Shown here piece by piece: positions 28,867 to 38,292 of a stretch of 64,000 nucleotides of DNA. A program made the translations under genes and the position numbers. The stretch spans positions 40,719 through 104,718 of the forward strand of contig DASSSZ010000005.1 of NCBI GenBank assembly GCA_035708165.1, read 5' to 3'. The notes under the pieces were generated by a model. The model was not told the DNA's origin and did not search any database. It worked only from the letters and a program-made list of their open reading frames with translations. Numbering within the stretch: position 1 is the first letter of the stretch; each line of letters starts with the position of its first letter. Source of the DNA: Minisyncoccota bacterium (GTDB lineage Bacteria > Patescibacteriota > Minisyncoccia > Phycocordibacterales > UBA2100).

Positions 28867-29508
28867 ATGGCAGCGCAACTCGCTCTTCTCATCAGCCTTC
28901 TCATCCTGATCTTCTCGATCATCCTGCATGAGATCGCGCACGGCGCCATGGCGAACTGGCTCGGGGACCCGACGGCGCGATTGCAAGGCCGGCTCACGCT
29001 CAACCCCATCCCGCATATCGATCCGTTCGGCAGCGTGATCCTGCCGGCGCTCCTCGTGTTCTCGCATTCGGGGTTCCTCTTCGGGTGGGCGAAGCCGGTC
29101 CCGTACAATCCCTACAACCTGCGCCGCGGCGGGCGCTTCGCCGAAGGATTAGTGGCGCTCGCGGGGCCGGCGACGAACCTCCTGCTGGCGCTCATCGCGG
29201 CCGCGACGGTACGCGTCCTTGCCGCGTTCGGGGCTGCCCCCGACACGCTCTCGCTCGCGTTCTACGCTCTCGTCATCAATGTGATGCTCGCGATCTTCAA
29301 CTGCATCCCGATCCCGCCCCTCGATGGCTCGAAGATCCTCGACATCTTCCTGCCCGCGCCGCTGCGGCTCTCATATGACCGGTTCCGGGCCATGCTCGAG
29401 CGCAACCCGTTCGCCGGCCTTGCCCTCGTCATCCTCTTCGCCGTCATTTTCGGCGACGCGATCAGCTCGGTGATCTTCGCTGTTGCGAATCTGCTCGCCG
29501 GCTCGTAG
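28867..29508 (+). CDS. site-2 protease, M50 family
   Basis: HEIAH, LTLNPIPHIDP, AGPATN, NCIPIPPLDG. Confidence 0.92.
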   Translation: MAAQLALLISLLILIFSIILHEIAHGAMANWLGDPTARLQGRLTLNPIPHIDPFGSVILPALLVFSHSGFLFGWAKPVPYNPYNLRRGGRFAEGLVALAGPATNLLLALIAAATVRVLAAFGAAPDTLSLAFYALVINVMLAIFNCIPIPPLDGSKILDIFLPAPLRLSYDRFRAMLERNPFAGLALVILFAVIFGDAISSVIFAVANLLAGS

Positions 29509-29517
29509 CGTGTCGCC

Positions 29518-29546
29518 TTGCAGGCGCCGCGATGGTGTAGTACAGT
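29518..29546 (+). promoter_or_regulatory. sigma70 promoter of rpsL
   Basis: TTGCAG-17nt-TACAGT. Confidence 0.55.
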
Positions 29547-29574
29547 ACCCGCACCCCGAATACGGGCTATTTTC

Positions 29575-29988
29575 ATGGCAACCATCAATCAGCTCACTCG
29601 CAAGAATCGCCGCAACCCGGTACGCAAGGCGCGCACGGTGGCGCTTTCGCGCGGGTTCAATGCCGTGAAGAACCGCCCGAATTACTACAACTCGCCGTTC
29701 AAGCGCGGCGTCTGCACGAAGGTCACCACCAAGACCCCGCGCAAGCCGAACTCCGCGATCCGCAAGATCGCTCGCGTCCGTCTCACGAACGGGATGGAGA
29801 TCACGGCGTACATCCCGGGCGAGGGCCACAACCTCCAGGAGCACTCGGTGGTCCTGGTCCGCGGCGGCCGCGTGAAGGACATCGGCGTCCGCTATACCAT
29901 CGTGCGCGGCAAGCTCGATGCCACTGGCGTGGAGAAGCGCAAGAATGGCCGCTCGCGCTACGGCGGCAAGAAGCCGAAGGGCGAGTAA
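29575..29988 (+). CDS. rpsL: 30S ribosomal protein S12
   Basis: [24 protein letters not shown]. Confidence 0.98.
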   Translation: MATINQLTRKNRRNPVRKARTVALSRGFNAVKNRPNYYNSPFKRGVCTKVTTKTPRKPNSAIRKIARVRLTNGMEITAYIPGEGHNLQEHSVVLVRGGRVKDIGVRYTIVRGKLDATGVEKRKNGRSRYGGKKPKGE

Positions 29989-30003
29989 TCATCACGTAAT
30001 CCC

Positions 30004-30465
30004 ATGCGTCGCCCTGTCCACAACCGCAATATCCCCGTAGCCGACCCGCAGTACGGCTCGGTCCGCGTCTCGAAGCTCATCAACAGCATCATGCTGGATG
30101 GGAAGAAGGATGCCGCGACCAAGATCGTCTATGACGCTTTCGCGATGCTGAAGGACGAGGGCGATCCGGTGGCCGTCTTCGAGACCGCGCTCGAGAACGT
30201 CGGTCCGCAGGTGGAGGTGCGCAGCCGCCGCGTCGGCGGTGCCAACTACCAGGTGCCGGTGGAGGTCCGCCCGGAGCGCCGTCTTGCGCTCGCGCTGCGC
30301 TGGATCATCAACGCGGCTCGCGCGAAGGAGGGCACGCCCATGTCGGCGCGCCTCGCGAACGAGATCCGTTCCGCGGCCCACAACGAGGGCGAGGCCGTCC
30401 TCAAGCGCGAGAACGTCCATAAGATGGCGGAGGCGAATAAGGCGTTTGCGCACTTCGCCTGGTAG
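30004..30465 (+). CDS. rpsG: 30S ribosomal protein S7
   Basis: [25 protein letters not shown]. Confidence 0.98.
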   Translation: MRRPVHNRNIPVADPQYGSVRVSKLINSIMLDGKKDAATKIVYDAFAMLKDEGDPVAVFETALENVGPQVEVRSRRVGGANYQVPVEVRPERRLALALRWIINAARAKEGTPMSARLANEIRSAAHNEGEAVLKRENVHKMAEANKAFAHFAW

Positions 30466-30801
30466 CCGGAATCTCATTCTCGGCACGTTGCTTTGCCGAA
30501 AGCCCCTGATCCTTGCCCGCCGTACCATCAGTACGGGCCGCAATGCTCAGGGGCTTTCTTCGCGCACCGCACTCGAGAATGGCTCCCTTGCGCAGCTCGC
30601 TCCCTCAGTCCAGCGCCTCGCAATGCATCCGAACCCCGGACGCTCCTGATATCCGCCGCATACGGCGAAGCCGTGCATCGGCGCTCCCTTTGCTATACTT
30701 GCTCGCGTAAGCCCATCGATGCATGCCCTCAGCGCTGCCTCGCGCACGAATAACAGGGCGATGGCGGCTCTGCAGGCGTTATCCGGTAACGAACCGTTCA
30801 T

Positions 30802-31002
30802 ATGGCAGACATGACGAACATGCGTCATAAGGATTGGAGCGGGATGTCCGAGGATCAGAAGGACGTGGTGCGAGAGAGCATGCGCAACTGGCGCAGCTGG
30901 GGCTCCTGGTTCTCGTGGGGCTCGCCCGTGGGATTGGGTCTCTGGTTCATCGCGCTCGGGATCACTGCGGTCCTGGCGCGCATCGCGTTCATCGGGTTCT
31001 GA
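30802..31002 (+). CDS. small membrane protein
   Basis: C-terminal TM (SWGSPVGLGLWF); terminator hairpin after stop. Confidence 0.6.
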   Translation: MADMTNMRHKDWSGMSEDQKDVVRESMRNWRSWGSWFSWGSPVGLGLWFIALGITAVLARIAFIGF

Positions 31003-31146
31003 GGACTCTCGCAGAAGCCGCCCCCCTTGGGGGCGGCTTCTGTATATGCGCCGGAATTCAGGCGCCATTCATGCCGGAAGGTTCATACATGGTTCAGCGT
31101 GGCGGGCGCACTGTGCGGAAAGACTTCTGTTCTGTACTATCAGGCT

Positions 31147-32199
31147 ATGGAGACTGACATGCACCCTCAGCATCCAATCCCGCGACCCAAGGTCGTGACG
31201 CTTAGCGGCGGCACCGGAGGGTTTACCGTCTTGCGCGGCTTGCGGGACCAGCTGCTCGACATCACGGCGATCTGCACCGTCTTCGATAGCGGCGGATCGA
31301 CGGGCGTATTGCGCGACCAGTACGGCGCGCTCCCGATGGGCGACGAGCGTCGCTGCCTCTTGGCGCTCATTCCCGAGGAAGACGCCGGCTGGCGCGACCT
31401 CATGATGGCTCGTTACGAGGCGAACGGCTCGCCGCTCTCGAATCACTCGCTCGGCAACCTGCTCCTGCTCTCCGCAGAGAAGCAGTGGGGCCGCTTGGGC
31501 GGCATCGCCCGCCTCGGCGAGCTGCTGCACATCCGCGGACGCGTGCTGCCGGTCTCGACCGACGACGCGCATCTCACGGCGGAGCTTTCCGATGGCTCTA
31601 TCTTGCGCACCGAGGCGGCGATCGACACGCGCGATCCGCTCACGGATGAGCGGGGCATCTCGCGGGTATGGCTCGAACCGTCGGCGCATGCCTGCCGCGA
31701 TGCCATCCAGGCGATCGAGGAGGCGGACGTCATCGTGATCGGTCCGGGCGATCTCTTCACCTCGGCCATCCCGAACCTTCTGCCGCGCGGCGCCACTGAA
31801 GCGATCAATGCCTCGACGGCGCAGCTGGTCTATATCGCGAACATCATGACCAAGGGCGCGGAGACGCGCGGCTACTGCGCCGCCGACTTCGTCGATCAGC
31901 TCTGCAGGCACGGCATCGCCCGCGCCTTCGATCACGTGCTCATCAATACGACGCCGATCCCGGATGACCTCCGGGCGCTCTACTGGGAAGAGGATCGCGC
32001 CGAGCCAGTCACCTTCGACGCTGCGTGCCGCGCCCGGCTGCTCGTTCGTGCGCGGAATATCGTGGAGGCGCCGCTCCTCTCAGGCACGGGCCTCCGGGAG
32101 CGTTTGCTGCGGCACAGCTCGAAGGCGATCGCGAAAGAGATCATGACGATCGCCGAGCACGTCCTTGAGCCGGCTATGCCGGTGCAGGCTGTCGCTTGA
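31147..32199 (+). CDS. YvcK/GlmR (UPF0052, CofD-like) family protein
   Basis: SGGTG, DSGGSTG.LR, GD.R, HSLGNL, GPGDLFTS.IPNL, NIMT..ET. Confidence 0.88.
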   Translation: METDMHPQHPIPRPKVVTLSGGTGGFTVLRGLRDQLLDITAICTVFDSGGSTGVLRDQYGALPMGDERRCLLALIPEEDAGWRDLMMARYEANGSPLSNHSLGNLLLLSAEKQWGRLGGIARLGELLHIRGRVLPVSTDDAHLTAELSDGSILRTEAAIDTRDPLTDERGISRVWLEPSAHACRDAIQAIEEADVIVIGPGDLFTSAIPNLLPRGATEAINASTAQLVYIANIMTKGAETRGYCAADFVDQLCRHGIARAFDHVLINTTPIPDDLRALYWEEDRAEPVTFDAACRARLLVRARNIVEAPLLSGTGLRERLLRHSSKAIAKEIMTIAEHVLEPAMPVQAVA

Positions 32200-32269
32200 T
32201 CCTGATCCTGTTCGAACCTGCGGCGCGCCTCATCGGCGCGCCGTTTCTTTGCGGGAGAAGAAGGGAGAG

Positions 32270-32298
32270 TTGACACAATATTGATTCCGTATTATTCT
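32270..32298 (+). promoter_or_regulatory. sigma70 promoter of the CsgG/HfaB-like locus
   Basis: TTGACA-17nt-TATTCT. Confidence 0.7.
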
Positions 32299-32364
32299 CC
32301 TTTCCGGAAAAGCTGCCGAAAGGCAGCGTTTTTGTGTCTTTGACCTGCAACATTGAGGAATCAG

Positions 32365-32733
32365 ATGAGAATGGAAGGGTATGCGGGAGCGCTGCTCCTG
32401 ACGCTTGCGGCCTGTGCGGCTGCGCCTGCGTATGCGGACAGCGCCTCTGCCGACTGGAACTCGACCGCGGGATTCTCCTCGCCGAGCCAGGACGCGAACG
32501 CGTTCAATGCCGCGCAGGTGATCCAGCTGCTGAATCATGGCAGCGCGGGTCCGTCCGTGGTCACGAATACGATGAACTGCGCGGTCCCAGGCTCATGCCC
32601 GACGGCCGGCACGCAGGAGAACCTCTCCGGCGTCACCATGACGACGGTGAACGGCGGCTCCGGCATCTCGATCGACACGTCGACGTCTTCGCGCGCGACG
32701 CAGAGCAACGGCATCACCATCGATACCAAATAG
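32365..32733 (+). CDS. small secreted Asn/Ser/Thr-rich protein (HfaA/CsgF-like position)
   Basis: Signal peptide ending AYA; GAGG Shine-Dalgarno; immediately upstream of the CsgG-like gene. Confidence 0.6.
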   Translation: MRMEGYAGALLLTLAACAAAPAYADSASADWNSTAGFSSPSQDANAFNAAQVIQLLNHGSAGPSVVTNTMNCAVPGSCPTAGTQENLSGVTMTTVNGGSGISIDTSTSSRATQSNGITIDTK

Positions 32734-32743
32734 GGAGGGCGCG

Positions 32744-33628
32744 ATGCGCTTCATCAAGATACTCGCCGGTATCGGAGCCCTCACGCTGCTCGCCCTGCCG
32801 CTGGCCGGGTGTGCGACCGTGAGCGGCTCGACAGGGCTGCGCGATGAGGTCCCGATCAAGGATCCGCCCATCGTGAAGGAAGTCTCGACGCCGTATGCCG
32901 ATGCGATGGCATGCGTCGCCAGGATCCCGGTCGTCAGGCATCTGAAGATCGGGGTGGGCGACATCCGCGACCTCACCGGCAAGGTGAACACCTCGTCGGA
33001 TGACGCCACGGGCGACTTCGTCACCCAGGGCGCATCGCAGATGATGTATTCCGCGCTGGGGCGGCTCGGCGTCGAGCTCATCGATATCGGCGCTGATTAC
33101 AAGAACACCGTTGACTGGTTCGGCAGCAAGGGCTCGAAAGGGCGCGTCGCGATGCCGCAGTTCATGGTGGGCGGTGCCGTCGATGCGCTCGACTTCGGGC
33201 AGACGAGCTCCGTCTTCCAGGCGCAGCTCTTCGGCTTCGGGCCGAATGTCCGCGCCTACGCGGCGACCGGCCGGATGGATCTCCATCTGACCACGCTGCC
33301 GGAAGGAAGCACGGTCGGCGGCGAGGTCGCAGCGACGAGCTCGTTCGCGAAGGTGTTCCTTGCGCGGCAGTCCGGAGCAGGCGGCGGCACGTTCGTCGGC
33401 GCCGCTCCGGGCCTCACGTTCGCCTCCTTCCAGATCGGCAGCGAAGCCCGCGAGCCGATGCAGGAGACGATCGGCTTCATGACCGATTTCGGCGCGACCG
33501 ATCTCGTCCTGAAGCTCCTCAGTTCCTTGCATGCCGCGCCTCCTCGGGAGGTCGCGATGTGCCGGAAGCTGCTCGTCGACCCGCACGGGCCGGCGGCAAG
33601 GCCGATCACGCTCGCTTCGGCGAAGTGA
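32744..33628 (+). CDS. CsgG/HfaB-family lipoprotein
   Basis: Lipobox LAGC; I.VG.I.D.TGK....VTQGA..M..SAL; GAV..LDF; MDL.L. Confidence 0.75.
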   Translation: MRFIKILAGIGALTLLALPLAGCATVSGSTGLRDEVPIKDPPIVKEVSTPYADAMACVARIPVVRHLKIGVGDIRDLTGKVNTSSDDATGDFVTQGASQMMYSALGRLGVELIDIGADYKNTVDWFGSKGSKGRVAMPQFMVGGAVDALDFGQTSSVFQAQLFGFGPNVRAYAATGRMDLHLTTLPEGSTVGGEVAATSSFAKVFLARQSGAGGGTFVGAAPGLTFASFQIGSEAREPMQETIGFMTDFGATDLVLKLLSSLHAAPPREVAMCRKLLVDPHGPAARPITLASAK

Positions 33629-33732
33629 GCCGGCGCCCATGGCACTTGCCTGCATGAAAGGCACATGCTATGGTTCTGGCTCGCTGGCATCCGCCGGCGA
33701 GTGCAACACCCAACGAAAGGGATACATTGCAA

Positions 33733-34227
33733 ATGCGTTTTCGTTCTTTGGCATCCGCCGCTATCCTGATTGCTTCCGCTGCCTTCGCCATGCCGGCCCT
33801 GGCCGCGTCCCCGTCGACCAATATCGTGATCGACACGGGCGCGAGCAAGGTGCTGCAGGCGAACCTGAGCGGCGACGTCGGCGATACGGTGAAGATCGAC
33901 CAGACCAATGCGCTCAATGTCGTCGACCTCACGGGCGACAACATGTCGAACGCCACGGTCAGCGCGTCGGCCGCCAAGGTCATCCAGGCGAACGTGGGCG
34001 TGGGGATCGACCTCAGCTCCGGCATCGTCAAGGATACTCAGACCAATGCGGCCAACGTGGTGGACGCGGTGCTGACGAACGTCGGCAACTCGAGCGTGGA
34101 CAAGGTCAGCGCGACCATGCACAAGGTCGCTCAGGTCAATGTCGGCGTGAATCTCCCGCTCATGGGCGGCACCGCCGTCTCCGACCAGGTCAATGCCGGC
34201 AACATCGTTTCCGTCAAGATCAAATAA
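33733..34227 (+). CDS. secreted beta-rich repeat protein, amyloid-like
   Basis: Signal peptide; three repeats of KVxQxN...QxNAxN(V/I)V. Confidence 0.65.
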   Translation: MRFRSLASAAILIASAAFAMPALAASPSTNIVIDTGASKVLQANLSGDVGDTVKIDQTNALNVVDLTGDNMSNATVSASAAKVIQANVGVGIDLSSGIVKDTQTNAANVVDAVLTNVGNSSVDKVSATMHKVAQVNVGVNLPLMGGTAVSDQVNAGNIVSVKIK

Positions 34228-34239
34228 GGTCGCATCTCC

Positions 34240-34272
34240 GAGCCTCGGCATCTGCCGAGGCTCTCCTTTTTA
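34240..34272 (+). terminator. intrinsic terminator
   Basis: GAGCCTCGGCA-TC-TGCCGAGGCTC followed by a T-run. Confidence 0.75.
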
Positions 34273-34344
34273 TGCGCCGCAGGATCGCGCAGGAGGCATC
34301 CGCGCGCTGCATCTTGCGGCGAGGAGCCGCACAGGAGCGCCGTT

Positions 34345-34373
34345 TTGCAATCGCCTCCGTTTCCTGGTACTCT
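34345..34373 (+). promoter_or_regulatory. sigma70 promoter of fusA
   Basis: TTGCAA-17nt-TACTCT. Confidence 0.6.
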
Positions 34374-34449
34374 TCGGGCACGCTTCGCGCGGCTTTTTAT
34401 TTGCATTCGCGCGGCCGCGCACTACTTATTTACTTCATCGATACGAGCT

Positions 34450-36624
34450 ATGGCACGAGATTATCCGCTTGAGAAAGTCCGCAATTTCGGCATCGTCGCG
34501 CACGTGGATGCCGGCAAGACCACCACGTCCGAGCGCATCCTCTTCTATACGGGCATGAGCCACAAGATCGGCGAGGTGCACGAGGGCGGCACCATCACCG
34601 ACTGGATGGAGCAGGAGCGCGAGCGCGGGATCACCATCACCGCCGCTGCCATCACCTGCTTCTGGACGCCTACGTATGCGCGCCTCGGCGCGGACAACGT
34701 CGCGCAGGCGACCGACGGGCAGAACCCGAAGCGCCACCGCTTCAATATCATCGACACCCCGGGGCACATCGACTTCACCTCCGAGGTGCAGCGCTCGATG
34801 CGCGTCCTCGACGGCGCGATCGTGGTGTTCGACGGCGTGGCCGGCGTGGAGCCGCAGTCCGAGACTAACTGGCGCTACGCCGAAGAGGCGAGCGTGCCGC
34901 GGCTGTGCTTCATCAACAAGCTCGACCGAACCGGTGCATCCTTCGAGCGCTCCTTCAAGAGCATCCGCGAGCGCCTCTCGAAGAATGCGTACCGCATGCA
35001 GCTGCCGGTCGGCGAGGAAGCCAACTTCGACGGCGAGGTGGACCTGCTCACGCGCAAGATGTTCGTCAACTCAGGCGCGATGGGCGAGATCGTCACGATG
35101 GCCGACGCGCCGGAGTCCATGAAGGACGATATCGAGACGTACCGCGCCGAGCTGATCGAGAAGATCGTGGAGCAGGACGAGGCCGCGATGAACGCGTACC
35201 TCGAGGGCAATGAGCCTGATCTCGACACGCTGAAGGCGCTCCTGCGCAAGGCCGTGATCGCCAATGAGATCTTTCCGGTCTACTGCGGCGCGTCGCTGAA
35301 GAACCGCGGCGTGCAGCCGATCCTCGATGCGGTCATCGACTACCTGCCGTCCCCTCTGGACGTGCCGGCAGCGAAGGGCGTCAATCCGGACACCGGCGAG
35401 GAGGAGTTCCGCGAGGCATCTGACGAAGCGCCGTTCTCCGCGCTCGCGTTCAAGCTCCAGACGGACCCGTTCGTGGGGCAGCTCACGTTCATCCGCGTGT
35501 ACTCGGGCAAGCTCGAGAGCGGCGGCTATGTCTACGATGCCAATAACGGCAAGAAGGAGCGCGTCGGCCGCATCGTGCGCCTGCAGGCGGACAAGCGCGA
35601 GGAGATCAAGGAGATCTACGCAGGCGAGATCGCCGGCCTCGTGGGCATGAAGGAGGTGAAGATCGGCCATACGCTCTGCGACGAGACGCACCCGATCCAC
35701 CTCGAAGAGATCAATTTCAAGCAGCCGGTCATCTCGATGCGCATCGAGCCGAAGACCAAGGCGGACCAGGAGAAGATGGGCATCGCGCTCAACAAGCTCA
35801 CCGACGAGGACCCGACGCTGCGCGTGACGACTGACCCGGAGACGATGGAGACTATCCTCTCGGGCATGGGCGAGCTGCACCTCGAGATCATCGTGGATCG
35901 CATGAAGCGCGAGTTCGGCGTCGAAGCGACGACCGGCAAGCCGCAGGTGGCGTACCGCGAGACCATCCAGGGTACTGCCGATAAGGAGGTGAAGTACATC
36001 AAGCAGACGGGCGGTCGCGGCCAGTACGGCCACGTGAAGCTCCGCGTGAAGCCGCTCGAGCCGCTTGCCGAGGGCGCGAAGATCCCGAACAACGTCCATC
36101 GCGAGGACCACTTCGAGTTCATCAACAGCATCAAGGGCGGCGTCATCCCGGCTGAGTACATCCCGGCAGTAGAGAAGGGGGTGCGCGAGTCCCTGACCCG
36201 CGGCGTTCTCGCCGGCTTCCCGATCGTGGACGTCTCGGTCGAGCTCTACGACGGCTCGTATCACGAGGTGGACTCTTCGGAGATCGCCTTCAAGATCGCA
36301 GGCTCGCAGGCATTCCAGGAAGCGGCAGCGGCAGCGCGGCCGGTCCTCCTCGAGCCGATCATGAAGCTCGAGGTCGTGACGCCGGAGAAGTTCCTCGGCG
36401 ACGTGAACGGATCGATCAGCAGCAAGCGCGGCGTCGTGGAGCGCATGGACGCGCGCGGCAATGATACGGTGATCGACGCGAAGGTCCCGCTCTCCGAGCT
36501 CTTCGGCTACACCACGCAGCTGCGCTCGATGACGGAAGGCCGCGCGACGCCGGTCATGGAATTCGACCACTATGCGGTCGTCCCGAAGAACGTCGCGGAC
36601 GAAGTGATCGCTACGAAGCGATAA
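34450..36624 (+). CDS. fusA: elongation factor G
   Basis: [46 protein letters not shown]. Confidence 0.98.
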   Translation: MARDYPLEKVRNFGIVAHVDAGKTTTSERILFYTGMSHKIGEVHEGGTITDWMEQERERGITITAAAITCFWTPTYARLGADNVAQATDGQNPKRHRFNIIDTPGHIDFTSEVQRSMRVLDGAIVVFDGVAGVEPQSETNWRYAEEASVPRLCFINKLDRTGASFERSFKSIRERLSKNAYRMQLPVGEEANFDGEVDLLTRKMFVNSGAMGEIVTMADAPESMKDDIETYRAELIEKIVEQDEAAMNAYLEGNEPDLDTLKALLRKAVIANEIFPVYCGASLKNRGVQPILDAVIDYLPSPLDVPAAKGVNPDTGEEEFREASDEAPFSALAFKLQTDPFVGQLTFIRVYSGKLESGGYVYDANNGKKERVGRIVRLQADKREEIKEIYAGEIAGLVGMKEVKIGHTLCDETHPIHLEEINFKQPVISMRIEPKTKADQEKMGIALNKLTDEDPTLRVTTDPETMETILSGMGELHLEIIVDRMKREFGVEATTGKPQVAYRETIQGTADKEVKYIKQTGGRGQYGHVKLRVKPLEPLAEGAKIPNNVHREDHFEFINSIKGGVIPAEYIPAVEKGVRESLTRGVLAGFPIVDVSVELYDGSYHEVDSSEIAFKIAGSQAFQEAAAAARPVLLEPIMKLEVVTPEKFLGDVNGSISSKRGVVERMDARGNDTVIDAKVPLSELFGYTTQLRSMTEGRATPVMEFDHYAVVPKNVADEVIATKR

Positions 36625-36733
36625 CCGATCGCACATGCATACCGAACGGCCGCGCAGATGCGCGGCCGTTCGTTATGCACAGCAAGCGGACGATGAGGAA
36701 AACGATAGGGTGTGCGTTTGCTATGATAGTGGC

Positions 36734-37174
36734 ATGCCGCCCGTCACTGAGATGCATGAGGAGAAGCCGCTCATGCGGCATGTGATCCAGCTCCTGATCG
36801 TACTTGTCGCGCTCATCTGCGCTGGCGTGCTCGCGTACCTCACGCAGCGCTATCTGTACAGCCGTACCGTCTCGGGCACTCCAGGCGCGACAGCCGACTA
36901 CTCGACGACCACTCCGGAGGAGCTGACGCTCCAGCAGAAGATGGAGGTGCTGCAATCGCTCGAGTCAGGCAAGGCATCGGGTACGGGCACGCAGGTCACG
37001 GGAGTAGCTTCCGGGACAGTGTCATCCGAGGGGAATGAGGCTCCCGCAAATGATGCGCGCACGCAGACGCTCGATCAGCTCGATGCGCAGCAGCAACAGC
37101 AGCAGGGCGACGATGGCGATGACTCCGGCATGAGCGCGCAAGAGAAGCTTAACCTCCTGAACTCGCTCCACTAA
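36734..37174 (+). CDS. single-TM hypothetical protein
   Basis: N-terminal TM; repeated Q(Q/E)K...L.SL motif; ATG 6 nt after TATGAT. Confidence 0.65.
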   Translation: MPPVTEMHEEKPLMRHVIQLLIVLVALICAGVLAYLTQRYLYSRTVSGTPGATADYSTTTPEELTLQQKMEVLQSLESGKASGTGTQVTGVASGTVSSEGNEAPANDARTQTLDQLDAQQQQQQGDDGDDSGMSAQEKLNLLNSLH

Positions 37175-37179
37175 TACGT

Positions 37180-38124
37180 ATGACGGCCCGTCGCACCAAG
37201 AAGAAATCGAACGAGCAATACGCGGTGCTGCTCAAGCAGCTGGGCGGTCTCATCGCGGTGACGATCCTGATCGCCGCTGCAACCGCGTTCATCTCCGCGA
37301 CGCCGCGCCACGCCTCCGCGACCGGCGACCCAGCCCTTTCCGGCTATCTATGGAGCGATACGATCGGCTGGATCAGCCTCAGCTGTACCAATACCGGCAC
37401 CTGCGGCACGCACAATTACGGCATGTCGATGGCCAGTTCCGGCGCACTTTCCGGCTATGGCTGGAGCGATAGCATCGGCTGGGTATCCGCCAATCCTTCC
37501 GATACCTCTGTCTGCGGCAGCCAGGCGACAGTGAGCACGAGCGGATCGGTCACCGGCTGGTTACGCGCGATTTCCGGCGGCACCTCGCAATCCGGCGGCT
37601 GGAACGGCTGCATCTCCCTCTCCGGGAGCGGCTATGGCGTGACATTCAATACGGCGAACGGCGCATTCGGCGGCTATGGCTGGGGTGACACGAATGTCGG
37701 CTGGGTGGATTTCTCCAAGGCGAGCGCTGTAGCATCGTGTACGCCGCAGAATATCTGCATCGGCAATAGCACGTACAATCAGAACGCCTATTGCCAGCAG
37801 ACGCTCATAAAGACGTGTGCTGGCACGTGCAGCAATGGCATCTGCTCGGAAGACCTGCCGCCGCCCACAGGAACGCTCATCGTCGCGCCGACCTTGGTGC
37901 GCGAAGGCATGAGCACGCAGGTCTCCTGGGATTCTGATGAGGCGTACGCCTGCCAGGTGACCGGCAGCAACGGCGATTCCTGGAGCGGTACGAGCGGGAC
38001 GAAGACGAGCAGTCCGATTACCGATACGGTCACGTATACGCTCTCATGCAAGAACGATGGCGGCAGCATGTCGGTCATCAAGAAGGTGAGTGTCTACCTC
38101 GTCCCGGTTTACCACGAGATCTGA
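37180..38124 (+). CDS. secreted CPR protein with GY.W(S/G)D.(I/V)GW repeats and a C-terminal Ig-like domain
   Basis: Three SGY.WSD.IGW-type repeats; Cys pairs; YTLSC. Confidence 0.75.
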   Translation: MTARRTKKKSNEQYAVLLKQLGGLIAVTILIAAATAFISATPRHASATGDPALSGYLWSDTIGWISLSCTNTGTCGTHNYGMSMASSGALSGYGWSDSIGWVSANPSDTSVCGSQATVSTSGSVTGWLRAISGGTSQSGGWNGCISLSGSGYGVTFNTANGAFGGYGWGDTNVGWVDFSKASAVASCTPQNICIGNSTYNQNAYCQQTLIKTCAGTCSNGICSEDLPPPTGTLIVAPTLVREGMSTQVSWDSDEAYACQVTGSNGDSWSGTSGTKTSSPITDTVTYTLSCKNDGGSMSVIKKVSVYLVPVYHEI

Positions 38125-38292
38125 TCGCGGGATCTCCCGAAACGGCTGCACTATCGCTGAGCGATGGTACGCGTTACTGTGCTGGCGCGCATGCTGGTGG
38201 CATGCATACGGCCCGGAAGCGTATAGTGCAGTTATCCCCAACGCGAGATGCATGCGCCGGCAAAGGAAACTCATGCGCGGTACACTAAACGC

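Noticed and set aside
35071-36636. Long antisense ORFs (also 14726-16060, 16578-17888, 20880-22235, 45168-46157, 56731-58239)
   Set aside because: Shadow frames of high-GC genes with Arg/His/Leu-biased composition and no motifs
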